A stretch of 64,000 bases of DNA, taken from IMG/VR virus record IMGVR_UViG_3300002125_000001; one strand, written 5' to 3'. This DNA is from an uncultured virus (IMG/VR IMGVR_UViG_3300002125_000001). Taxonomy: Duplodnaviria > Heunggongvirae > Uroviricota > Caudoviricetes. Each line of letters begins with the position of its first letter. The first letter of the stretch is position 1. The notes beneath the pieces were generated by a model, which worked only from the letters and a program-made list of their open reading frames with translations, was not told the DNA's origin and did not search any database. The position numbers were made by a program, and so were the translations under genes. Shown here in pieces: positions 1 to 10,800 of the stretch.

Positions 1-225
1 CCTTGAANGTAAAGTATTTCAGTCACGTTGTATCGAAATAGTACATCTGGAAATATCTGTCAAATTTGAACCTCACTTTCTCGGCCACAAAAACAGTTGT
101 AGGTATTTGATACAAAAGCAGTTAGCTTCATTTTACTAAAAAACCACCCACAGATGTTGGTGAGGAGGCGATTTTATTAACCACCGATGGGCCGTGTATG
201 TCCGCGACACAAACACATCTCAAGC

Positions 226-480
226 TCATTGCATCTCCTTTTCAAGGATCTCAACCTGTATCCATTGATCTGAATACTCGTTCCACGCATTGAATAAACC
301 GTCAACGTTTCTAACCTCCCACTCGTCGTCAGCGTCAATACCATTTGCTTCGAGTTCACCCGCGACTACATGCCCGAATCGTTCTCTGGCAGACTCCAAC
401 GAGGTGTGTACCGAATCAATGTAATGGCCGGGATCAGTATGTCTTAGGTCCCAACTTTGTACAATCGCATAAACTCTCAT
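226..480 (-). CDS. small acidic hypothetical phage protein
   Basis: 84-aa ORF in a tightly packed minus-strand run of small ORFs with 4-nt stop/start overlaps. Confidence 0.6.
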   Translation of the reverse strand: MRVYAIVQSWDLRHTDPGHYIDSVHTSLESARERFGHVVAGELEANGIDADDEWEVRNVDGLFNAWNEYSDQWIQVEILEKEMQ

Positions 481-767
481 GTTCGTATCCCCAATTGTTG
501 TAAAAAATGTTTATTCTTCACCTCGCGATTAGCCTCTTCAACGACTTCTTCAATTGTTTTGCACGCTTTTGTATTACCGGTTACGCGAGACATAACGCCC
601 ACATAGTAGCCCTTGTACGGGCCGTCTTCCGCTTCGTATATATTGCACATAAAACGCACACCACCACTGCCGGAAAACGGAACGGTTTTCACACTTTTTG
701 ACGTACAAAAGGCAGGTTCCCGCTCTTCCCGTCGTTCAATCTGTTTCTTTTTTCTTGGCATAATCAC
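477..767 (-). CDS. hypothetical phage protein
   Basis: 96-aa ORF overlapping both neighbours by 4 nt. Confidence 0.6.
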   Translation of the reverse strand: MIMPRKKKQIERREEREPAFCTSKSVKTVPFSGSGGVRFMCNIYEAEDGPYKGYYVGVMSRVTGNTKACKTIEEVVEEANREVKNKHFLQQLGIRT

Positions 768-1045
768 GCTCGCTTGTTGTTGGTATTGGTTAAACCAGTC
801 GGGGTATCGTATTTATGGGGCACACGACATATCTTTCCTTCTTCCGGTTCACAATCAGGATGACATTCATCCTTAGATACACCGTCACAAATTTCCCTCT
901 TCGCCAATTGACAATCTTGATTAAGTTCGTCGCACGGACAGTCCGCGTCACATCCGCAATTGAATTCGGAATTGTACAATGCTTCTACGCCCAAGAACTC
1001 AATTGCCCAATGTAACAAGTCTCCTACGTCGTTAAGTTTTTTCAT
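764..1045 (-). CDS. small Cys-rich hypothetical protein
   Basis: 93 aa with CGC..CPC...C...C clusters; packed operon. Confidence 0.6.
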   Translation of the reverse strand: MKKLNDVGDLLHWAIEFLGVEALYNSEFNCGCDADCPCDELNQDCQLAKREICDGVSKDECHPDCEPEEGKICRVPHKYDTPTGLTNTNNKRA

Positions 1046-1059
1046 AGCTTTCTTTTCAA

Positions 1060-1329
1060 TTAGTGTGTATTGATATTACAAATTACCTCGACAACTTCAC
1101 CGTCAATGGGCCAGTTACTTTTAATGTTGTACGAAAAGCCGCCTAGCATCCAGTCCTTATATACTTCCTCATCGACGTTGTAATCAGTAGTAACAGCGTC
1201 AACCGATCTGTCATAGAGGGACCGAAGTGCTTCTTCTTTCGTAGAACAGCATTCTGACTCATAGATAAGAGCATTCCAGTCCTCGTCAACACAATAATTA
1301 AGCCTTGCTTGATAGAGACGTACTTTCAT
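1060..1329 (-). CDS. hypothetical phage protein
   Basis: 89-aa ORF in packed operon. Confidence 0.55.
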   Translation of the reverse strand: MKVRLYQARLNYCVDEDWNALIYESECCSTKEEALRSLYDRSVDAVTTDYNVDEEVYKDWMLGGFSYNIKSNWPIDGEVVEVICNINTH

Positions 1330-1718
1330 TGTTCATCCTGTTCTTGTAAAAATTGTATTGCATCTTCAAGGGTTGCAAAATCCTGGTAGTCTTTACGATA
1401 AGGATATGCCGCATGAAAAGGATATGCTGCAAAAGGCAAACTACCCGGCTGGCGGCTGTCATAAGAAATCGACCCTATTTTTTTCGCGCCACGGGTAACA
1501 ACCCACCGGGCGGGAGTTGCCTTAGCGGGTTCCTGCCATACTTCCCAGTCAGTCGCTAATGTATCGTCCTCCGAAAACGTCGTACCGCAATTAGAAATAG
1601 GCGTACAGCGTTTCAACTGATCGTCCTTGTAAAAGTAATACTTATCCTTACCGCCCCACGATTTTCTGCACACTCGCTCCCCACTATACAGTTGGTAACA
1701 TGCTTGCACGATGTTCAT
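1326..1718 (-). CDS. DUF2829/Tad2-like protein with C-terminal extension (possible anti-defence nucleotide sponge)
   Basis: N-terminal MNIVQA..L.SGERVCRKSWGGK and FSEDDTLATDWEV match the family pattern MxFxxAlxxlkxGxkvxRxgWngk...sxxDxLAxDW. Confidence 0.6.
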   Translation of the reverse strand: MNIVQACYQLYSGERVCRKSWGGKDKYYFYKDDQLKRCTPISNCGTTFSEDDTLATDWEVWQEPAKATPARWVVTRGAKKIGSISYDSRQPGSLPFAAYPFHAAYPYRKDYQDFATLEDAIQFLQEQDEQ

Positions 1719-1920
1719 TATGTGTCTCCCTTAGTTTAATGTATTCTTCTGCCAGTTCCCGTGTATCAAAATCGGCGACCCAACAATCGATCCCATCATC
1801 GTCACTTTTATACACACCCCAGAGTTCCGCTTCGTCATCGTTGTCAACAGAATCATAAACGATACTGTGTTCGTCGGCATGAACGATCTTTGCTCCTCTA
1901 CATCGGAATTGTTTACTCAT
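1684..1920 (-). CDS. hypothetical phage protein
   Basis: ATG at 1920 (MSKQF...) preceded by GGAGG; in frame with the listed ORF 1684..1953. Confidence 0.5.
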   Translation of the reverse strand: MSKQFRCRGAKIVHADEHSIVYDSVDNDDEAELWGVYKSDDDGIDCWVADFDTRELAEEYIKLRETHNEHRASMLPTV

Positions 1921-2102
1921 TGCTTGTCCTCCTTCCATTTCTCTTCGACCCATCGGACAGCTTTTCCGAGTGTTGGGTGGCGTTTAGGTTTTTTTTTTGT
2001 TCCACGCTTCAAACGGAAAATCTTGCGGCTCATCTCGCTCAACAAGGCCAATACACTCACCATCTTTAAGCACTCTCCACTTAACAGGAATTGTTTCAAT
2101 CG

Positions 2103-2459
2103 TCATTTTGCCTCCTTTACAGGTGTTAAATCATCAAGAGTACAGACGTTAGTATCGTCTAACGTTTCCACAAAATCTTCGGCATCAAAGGCTACGTATT
2201 TACCATTGCGTTTTGTCCACGCTAGTTCATCTGCAACGTCCATCGGTTCTTTTGAACAGATGAAATAAGATTCGCCTTCATCGAGAACGTATGCTACATA
2301 CGCAACTGTCCAATCGACGTCAACGACGTACTCAACCACAAACTGCTTGCTCTTGGAGTTACAAAACTCCTCGAACTTCTCTTTAATAGAGGTTTCAGTG
2401 TAAGCATCGTAATCGTCGTAACCTTCGGGATCAGTTGTTTCAACTAGAAATAGTTTCAT
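2103..2459 (-). CDS. acidic hypothetical protein
   Basis: 118-aa ORF with AGGAG upstream. Confidence 0.6.
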   Translation of the reverse strand: MKLFLVETTDPEGYDDYDAYTETSIKEKFEEFCNSKSKQFVVEYVVDVDWTVAYVAYVLDEGESYFICSKEPMDVADELAWTKRNGKYVAFDAEDFVETLDDTNVCTLDDLTPVKEAK

Positions 2460-2516
2460 TATTCAGTCTCCTTGTTAGCATAACTTTCTTTGAATTTCTC
2501 CCATTCAATGTTGAGC

Positions 2517-2852
2517 TTAACTCTCATTGACAAACCCCTCACTTTCTAACAGTGCTAAAATTGCTTGATTATATTCATTGTGAAAGCCACATGCCCGACC
2601 GCCAGGAATATCTCTGCACAACTCGCCAAGTTTTTTACCACGTTTTGTCAATTGAAATCCAACCGATGTGTTGGTAACTAACCCATTATTTACGGCTCCT
2701 TGTAAATGATTCATAAACCCCAAAGTAGAACCAAAATATCTTGTCCCGTATCCTCCTTCGACAAGATCACGGCATATCGCCGCGTGACGAAAACTAATCC
2801 CTTCAATATCATAGGGCGTAGCTGGCGTATATTTTGGTTTCTTCTTTTTCAT
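2517..2852 (-). CDS. hypothetical protein, possibly winged-helix-like
   Basis: GLV...FQLTKRGKKL resembles a wHTH wing motif. Confidence 0.45.
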   Translation of the reverse strand: MKKKKPKYTPATPYDIEGISFRHAAICRDLVEGGYGTRYFGSTLGFMNHLQGAVNNGLVTNTSVGFQLTKRGKKLGELCRDIPGGRACGFHNEYNQAILALLESEGFVNES

Positions 2853-3220
2853 TGTTTTGTAGGCTAAAGCGTAGCGAATGGTAGGCTAAGAGCAGAAGGT
2901 GTTAAAATCAGCCACTATCTTTCACCATTGCTATTCAAACGGCCTGCCCCGGCAAACGGGTAATTCACACGTGGTCTCTCGCATCCACCTCTTAGTGCAA
3001 CTTGGGCCCACCAAACGCTACATGTTTATCGTAATTCCTCTCACTTTTTCAGCAGTGCTCTTATGGCTTCTTGTAAACCATCAATAATCTCAGACTTGTT
3101 GACAAGTTCTGCTGCCAGGATGTCAACGATTGTTTCCAAACTAACATCGCCTTCGTGCTCTGGGCATTCGTAATCATAGCTGCGGCGTGCCCAATCAATC
3201 CAATCATTTTTCGTCATAAT

Positions 3221-3526
3221 TTATCCGTCCGTTTCAACAAGTTCAAATTCTTTTCTTTTACGTTTTAGAAAATAACGTTTCCGCAACCGAGACAACGCTA
3301 CCTTTGGATCAGGGTGAAAGCATATCTCGTGTAAAGCTGGCGGTTTTATATCTTCCTCATCAGGTGGACACTGCGCGGGTAGCTTAAACTCTTTAACCAC
3401 CGCAACCAAGCTAGAAATCCTGGCCAACGTTCTGGTACTCTCCTCATCAATGTACCAGCGCATGCCCAACAAAGTCGCTAACTCGGCCACAAAGCCGGAT
3501 ACAAGCAATGCAATGAACGTAAACAT
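3221..3526 (-). CDS. hypothetical protein with N-terminal hydrophobic helix
   Basis: MFTFIALLVSGFVAELATLLG; GGAG upstream. Confidence 0.5.
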   Translation of the reverse strand: MFTFIALLVSGFVAELATLLGMRWYIDEESTRTLARISSLVAVVKEFKLPAQCPPDEEDIKPPALHEICFHPDPKVALSRLRKRYFLKRKRKEFELVETDG

Positions 3527-3712
3527 GTGGGTCTCCTACGTAAATGGAATTTTTGTAATCATGGCGCTAATGTAGGCAAACTGAAAATGAAAAGTAGCGT
3601 TGGTGAATTCGTTTGTAGTTTTTATATGGCGATTTTGAACCGTTTGTTGAACACTAAAATTATTTTGATAACACCGTTTCTCAAATAGATTCACAATGTG
3701 ATACTCCCGCGT

Positions 3713-4381
3713 CTAAAGCCGTGGGATTTCCCACACGTTTGTCTTAAAAGTTTCAACTCGCATCCGTGCCTCGGCGATTCCGGCGGTTCCATTTTCTTTA
3801 CCGTATGGGGTATGAAACGCGATGCCGTCTAAAAATTCAATCGTCTTTTCAAGGTATTCGTCCCACCCAGTATACCGAAAACATTCGGAACGAATCCCAA
3901 CTAAACAACCGAACAACGTATCATTACAATACTGCATCATATCCGCGTCAAGAAGACACATGCGGTCGGCGGTTAAACATTCCAATTCATGCGGGTATTC
4001 CGTTGCCAAAATCAAATTCGCCACCATATCAACATGGTAAGCATCGGGCGATATGTAAGGCTCTCGTTTCCTCTCGTTGTGAAAATGAAAATATCGGAAC
4101 GCATCCGCCGCAATTTCAACATTTTTACCATCTGGGAACAAACCGCCGGAATGCCCAAAATCATGGAAAAGGGCTGCGAGCAAAACATGGACTGGGCATT
4201 CTTTTTCAAATCCCCATCGCCACGAGTCCCAACATTTCTCGGCGTAAAACATAACGTAAAGCGAATGTTGGAGGTTATGGTACGGTAAAGCCTGCGAAGG
4301 ATTGTTTTCCAGTATCCAACGGACAACTGGGCCTAGTTGGTACTTTTCGATCAGTTGTAGAACGCTATCCGGAAATGACAT
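3713..4381 (-). CDS. HD-domain phosphohydrolase
   Basis: Motifs YHNLQH, AALFHDFGH, LILATE, LLDADM. Confidence 0.85.
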   Translation of the reverse strand: MSFPDSVLQLIEKYQLGPVVRWILENNPSQALPYHNLQHSLYVMFYAEKCWDSWRWGFEKECPVHVLLAALFHDFGHSGGLFPDGKNVEIAADAFRYFHFHNERKREPYISPDAYHVDMVANLILATEYPHELECLTADRMCLLDADMMQYCNDTLFGCLVGIRSECFRYTGWDEYLEKTIEFLDGIAFHTPYGKENGTAGIAEARMRVETFKTNVWEIPRL

Positions 4382-4402
4382 TATTTTGATGATAGAACGG
4401 CA

Positions 4403-4445
4403 GAAGTAGGCATATCGGCATGTAATACGCCGATATGCCTACTTC
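4403..4445. terminator. strong hairpin (17-bp perfect stem), probable terminator or regulatory stem-loop
   Basis: GAAGTAGGCATATCGGC-9 nt loop-GCCGATATGCCTACTTC, downstream of the tail gene block. Confidence 0.55.
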
Positions 4446-4589
4446 CGACGAAAACGCAAGAAAAATATCGGGATGATGCTAAGTCTACGAAAAAATTCTC
4501 TAGTGCGCCCGATTCCCAAAGTTTACTGATTTATGATATAAATCAGCGAAGGTTTTATTTCATTCGTAAACCTTATCCACAAAATTACC

Positions 4590-4684
4590 ATGCAAAAGTT
4601 AGCAGATATCTTCACGTTTTCGAGGGCCTACCCCGCCACGTGGCGGGGTTTCAACGTTTGCCGCCGCAACAGCCGACCAAGTGA
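4590..4684 (+). pseudogene. degenerate (frameshifted) copy of the class A leader
   Basis: Starts MQKLADI; FEGL follows in a shifted frame; contains the CCCGCCACGTGGCGGG palindrome; no cargo. Confidence 0.45.
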
Positions 4685-4887
4685 GTGTAGACGGGCGACG
4701 AAACGGGCGGCCCGTTGTACGTCGAGTTGGCCACCGGCATTTTATCATAAACAGGCGGACTATGTTGCATCTGGGTATGGAAAAATTCCTTCTTCCGGAA
4801 GCTACCGCAGGTACGGCATTGTGCTATGTCAAGCCCAAGATTACATTTGGCGGTCTCCGCCATTCGGAAGTGTAGGCACGGTCGCAT
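4651..4887 (-). CDS. small Cys-rich protein at end of tail operon
   Basis: 78 aa with CxxC and terminal GCCGG; starts 2 nt after the stop of the 2416-aa gene. Confidence 0.55.
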   Translation of the reverse strand: MRPCLHFRMAETAKCNLGLDIAQCRTCGSFRKKEFFHTQMQHSPPVYDKMPVANSTYNGPPVSSPVYTHLVGCCGGKR

Positions 4888-4889
4888 CG

Positions 4890-7800
4890 TTATTGAAGTC
4901 GTTCTTTTGTCAGCGCACTAAATTCCAACCGGTTAAACGACCGGTCCCATACGTATATTGTGTTGTTCCCGGAAACAACGAGTCTGCCGCTTTTATCCAA
5001 CGGATCGTTCGCCACGCTCATTTCGCCGTTGTACATCGGGGCGGCGAGCCAAAAATCACCGGTCCCAGCTGCTTCGCTATAAAAAGTATTTTGCCAACAG
5101 TCAACGGGATCGTTTGCGGTTAGCCTATCGTACCTTACCGCCGTATTGTAATCGTTTACGTAAATACATCTATCTCGTAACGGATGCGTAATCGCATCCG
5201 CTTCGGACACTTCCTTCCGCTCGCCTATTTTATGGAACGGGATATACGGCACGTCGTCTTTGTGGATTTTTAGGGAATCGTGCAACTCACGATTCCAAAC
5301 TATTATACACACGTTGGGGTACGATTGTTTTATTTTGGCCCTTAGTTCGCAATCGCAGGGGTAGTCCCATATATTCATATCGTCGGGGCCTTTGCCGCCG
5401 AAACAGTCGTACCGCTCGTACAACGGGAGCAGGTTCTTTACAACGGGCTGCTTCCGTGACCATGTAACAACCGATTGCCCAACCCCCATATCTTTCCAGT
5501 CCATGTGATCGTCCCGCTCGTTATTCCAGGGATCGTCGTAGAACATAGAGTACGCCGCAATCCCGTGAAACACGGGTGCCGCTATTGTCCCTTTGTTCTC
5601 ATACCGGAAACATACAATATTTGATATACGGGGATCGGTAGACAACAATTTTGGCGGTTCGTTTGCAACCACGCGCTCCTCGGTGCTGTAGAAGACGTAG
5701 GCGGCCCGTTCATCCGGCGTTTCGCCCATATATTTGTATTTCCACGGCACGTAGCCGACGCGTTCTTCCTGAAGGAACCCGTGTCGCACGTAGCCTTCGT
5801 TGTTTGTGTCGAACGAATAGGCCAGGTCATGCTCAAAATAAACATCAACCTCATCGCCCCGCAAATCCTTGATCTTTGTTTTCCACCTTTTCGGTCGCTC
5901 GAATATGTAAAAATACTGCGGTTCCTGCCCCCCGGTCGGGCCTGTTTTATTCGGTTCCGTCTGTCCTTCGTACACCGCGATCTCTACCAACTCCGCCTCA
6001 TATTCCAATTCAACGCCGTTTTCGTCCACGCTGACAAGTTTTACCTTTTGACCAAGTGGGCAATCTTGATAATAGTAAAAGAACATGCCCGACGTATCGG
6101 CACATGGCTCTACATCTCTGGGGCATTGACGTATTTCTGTGGTGATTTCAATATCCGGCCGTTTTCTATAGAAAGAGCCACGCTGCACCACGTAGTAATC
6201 TCGCCCGCAACAGGAAATACTGAAATTATCTTCGCCCAAAGACAATTTGTCGGTAGTCGGCAGTGTTCCGTTGCTGATCGGGGCCTCTCCGCTAACGTTA
6301 ATGTTGCGTGTGCCGTTTATAAAAAGAACTTGGTCTCCGTCAGGAACGAGGGTAGGCTTGCCTTCGATAAAATGCACGGAGGTACCACGGAGAATCACGC
6401 CGTTCCCGCAGCACCCGGTTACTGTGTAATTTCTGAAATCCCCGTCTAGCTTTTTCGATTTGTAGTAGAAATTACCGCTCTCAAACAAAGCGTATTCCCC
6501 GTCGCCCAAAACGCCGTCCCCGCAACACGACGCGAACGGCGTGGTTTCATTCAACAAGGTATTGCCGTAATATGTCGTTATATTTTTGGTATCTACGTCT
6601 GTTATTTGGGTGTAGTTGCCGCACCTTGCCGAGCTGCGACATGCACAAACCCAGCTTAACTCTCCCCGGTAGTGTACTATCTTATTCGGAACAACATGTC
6701 CGTCCGTGTCAACTGCGAGCATGGTATTACCGAAGGTAGAAATGCCCGCCATGTTGGGCGGGATTTGGCAGCACCAAATCACAGCGCTGGTATCGCCTGT
6801 TTCCCACCCTGACGATACTCCGCACGAACTGCCACCCTCAAATCCCATACATTGAACCTTACCATCAAGCTCGCCTATATCTTCGGGATCATCGCTCGCC
6901 CACGCCGCAACTGCCGAGTTATACTGCACAATATACGAATTAAACCCGCCTGTGGTCGTTTGCGAGTAATCGTAGTAGCTACCCATTATCTGGGCCTGCC
7001 GGGTATGTTTCGTTTCGGGGTCGGTGCTCAAGGCAGCACACCCACCCCAGCCCATACTGATGCCACGCGAAGACCCGCCACCCCCCATACTCCAGCGGGA
7101 CTCGCCCCAGGCGTATATACCTCCGGGCATGTCGCCCAACATACTCCTCGGACACGTACTCCATACATGCTGCCCCGTAATACTCATATCAACGCTACAG
7201 CCGGTCGGGACCATCCGTTCGGTTTTGCTGTTCCATTTATACAGGGTAAAAGAAGCACCGATGACGCCGCCCGGTTCAGTTACATCGCCGCTATCCCCTA
7301 CAATAAACAGCGACCAGTCGCCAATTTCTGATAAGGGGAACAGACCCGTGCTAAGCGCATCGGATTCCATATAATAATCGCCCATACAAACACGAAGGAG
7401 TGATACCCATGTTTTGGAATCGCCCGCATCCGTAAAAACAGCCTTACGGATAGTGATACTTGTGCTGCAACCTCGCACGTGTTCCTCGCAATTAACGGTT
7501 TTAGCGAACATGCACGTTACAACAATCGCGCCTCCGAGCAGAACTTGGGCACTGATCGCCTCATGCGCCACACGCCCGTCAAGCCAAACATCGACAGACG
7601 TATCGCCCGTACCACCGCACGGGTTAGGGCGGCCCTCGCCCGGTCGGTACACAAGAGCGTAACGCGGCCCGCAAATGCAATTACAACTTGTGCTCCCGTC
7701 CGCATACGTTTTGACCAACCGCCCCTTGTAGAACGCATAAAGAGTTGTCCCATCCCTCGATTGGACAAGAAGGTAGTTTTTCATAATGGCATTGCCGTAC

Positions 7801-10800
7801 TTTTCGATGTCTGCGCGTGAGACCCAACTGGATCGCAACGAAAAGATGTCCGGAACCTTGTCATAGTCGAACGATTGTGAGAATTCTTTTAGTACCGTCC
7901 GTCCCGTATTAACGGTGCTCTCCAACGATTCAGAAAAATCCAACATCCACAGCCGGAACATCTGGACGTTATCGCCTATACTATACGTTGCCACGGCATA
8001 CGTATCGCCTAAACATCGCATCCCTTCTCTCATTTGCTCGCCGTTCGGGGCGATAAAAGCGCGGCTGCCCGCCTCAAGCGACCATAGAATATCGGCGTTT
8101 TTATACAATACTTTTCGATGCGTACCGTCCGCGTCGAGGTTTACCGCGAGCATATCTCCGCAGGCGGTCATTGAAGCGACCTTGCCGACGAACAACGCCT
8201 TCGCCTGCGCACACGTCTCCCAATCGCCGGTACTCGCTTGGTATTCCGTGGTAGGCCGCAGGTCCATCTGTCCCATGTTCTTGTAGAAAATGGCAAGTTC
8301 GCTGTTCGTCTTACCTCCGATTTCCGAGAAAGGTCTGCGCCCGTTTTCCCAATGGAACCCGGTCCAAAAGCAGTATTCATCTATATTTATCGGGTCCTGC
8401 GTAGGCGAGGATGCCTGAATCGAATACCGCATATAATAAACATCGCCTTCCTGCGTCCCCACGCGGAGCGGCAGACCTTCGGGATCGCCCCAGCACTGTA
8501 TCCATTGCCGCCACCAAATCCCTGATTCTTGGTCATCCTTCGGCGGGTGCGTTACGGTTATCAAATCCTCGCCTACAAGGATTTGTTCCGTAACCATCCT
8601 CGGAGGATCGGGCGGATCGAAAATATCGTCCTTCCGGTATATCGGCCCCTGTACGTACCATTTACCAATTACGCCGGACGTTGAATCGGTCTCTCGGACA
8701 TGCGCGTCTTGGGGCGGGACCGGCATCTTTCTTTCTAGCGTTTTCGGCTTGTCGTTTTCATCCCAATCGGGGATTTCATCGTCATCACCCCGCCCCCGCG
8801 ATTTGAAATAATCGGTCCAATAATCGGTCCAATACTGTAATATTTCCGTTTCGTCCTCGAAATGCCCCGTCGGGTTGTCCAGCTCTTTCTGAACATCGCG
8901 GGCGATAAGCCTGGCCCGTAAATCCTTTACCTTGATAGGCGCGGTAAACCAATGCGCGTACCAAAACAACCCTTTTTTCTCAAACCGACCAAATTTCCAT
9001 GTAGTGCCGTTCTCGTCTGGGAGACTTTCGCTCGGCGGGCTGGGTATCGGGTACGTGTTGAATTTTGTTGTATCCTCTTCCAATTCCGTTTGCGGCGGGG
9101 ACGGGGCGGAACCGCGTTCGTACCTGTGCATCCGCTGATGTATATCGACATCATTCGGGATTTCAAACCCCGGTCGGGTCAGATAGGCGGGGTAGAAGAG
9201 TGTAAAATACTTGCGTAGCTCTACCGGGTCGTCGTCTCGTGCCCATTGTTCCGTAAACCCGGTAGCGTTGTCGCGTTCTACCGTGTGCGGGGCGCGCAGC
9301 ACCAACGCATGGACCGCGTTAAACCCAAGCTGCGAATCGCTAACGTTATCGTTATCGGGTCTAACCATACCCGGCAGTTGCCGGTATAGCCCGTTTAGAT
9401 TGACAACATCAATCCGCCCGATCACCGTGTAATCTTTTTTCGTCCGGCAGTTCGCCATATCACGCACGATATAGGCGTAATTTGTCGCGTAGCCCGAATC
9501 CGAGCGGATCGGAAATATACGACCGCCCAACGGCTCCAGTTTCGCAACGCAGCCTTCCCCATGACACTGTACAGTTCTTTTTATCGTCGCGGGTCGGCCT
9601 TCATCATCCTGTTTGCACGCGATAAAATAGGCGTCGAACGTAGGGAGTCTGTATCCGATGCCGGGCATAACAATCCAGCCATCCTGATAGACGGGGTCAT
9701 ATTCGTCGCAAAACGTCGGATGCACGCGTAGAATCCTATCGGCCAGATCGGGGTCGCACGATCCTCTCGGCCGGTGACTCCACGTCGGTTCCTTGTCTTT
9801 CCGGTCCTCTTCTGGCTCTTTATCTGTGCCCGGCTTCCCGCCATTTATCTGGTAACAATCGCTACAGCCACTCGGCGGATCGCACCCGCACCCACCCCCG
9901 CAATTTAATTCGGAACATTCGCCTGACGAATCCTCGAAACAGACCAAGCAGCACTGTTCCATCCATTTGGAGAACGTTACTCGGACATCGTTAGGCAGGA
10001 TATTACCCGACGAGCCTTCATACCATGTTTTATGTCGCGGGTACGTCGGGACCTTATCTTCGCAATTATCGTGATACTCTACTTCCGAAAGATGGTATTG
10101 GAACTCATAATCGCACCCGAACAAAATCGACCCCAATTTTTCCTCCGGCAACGGTTTCGCCCAATACGCATCGTCCCGAAACGACCATAAAACGCGGTCG
10201 TCGATCAACGTTTCCAATTTCGTATCGTCGATTGCTTCTTTTACCGCCCGCAGGTACGCAAGTTTCGTCCTGAGTTCAAATATGTCCGACCAACCATCCT
10301 GAAGCTCTTGTATGAAAATATCCCGTTGCGTTTTAGCGCTGTCAAGATTGCTGACGCATGACGTATGTTCCGTATTTCGGCTGCTTATCCGGCTATTCAC
10401 AATTTGCAACCATGCTACCACCATCGGATAGCGAGGGTCCGTATTGGTGTTATTGAGCAGCCATGTATCCCAAATACTTTTTTCAAGCGAAAGATCATAC
10501 AAATCCGCTTCCAGTTGTGCAATTCGACGGCCCAACGCGGTTATCTTACGCTCGTTCGCCTTGTACGCCTTGTTCTTCAGCAGTAGCGTTTTCGAGGTGG
10601 CCATCAATTCTGATTCCGCAGGTGTTACCAGGGCATCCATATCCGTCTCGTTGAACACGCCGGTTATTACGCCGGTGGCCGTCGCCACTTTAACCAACCC
10701 AAGCAATTCCCCCGACCGTTGGAGATCGTTCAACGCTTTGTTCCATTGTTCCGACGCAACCATAGCGGCTTCGTAATCCGGGAGCATTACGATCAGGTCA

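Noticed and set aside
4590..5123. 177-aa plus-strand ORF as a full leader-cargo gene
   Set aside because: Only the first 7 codons match the leader; the rest is antisense to the tail genes and looks like a shadow ORF.
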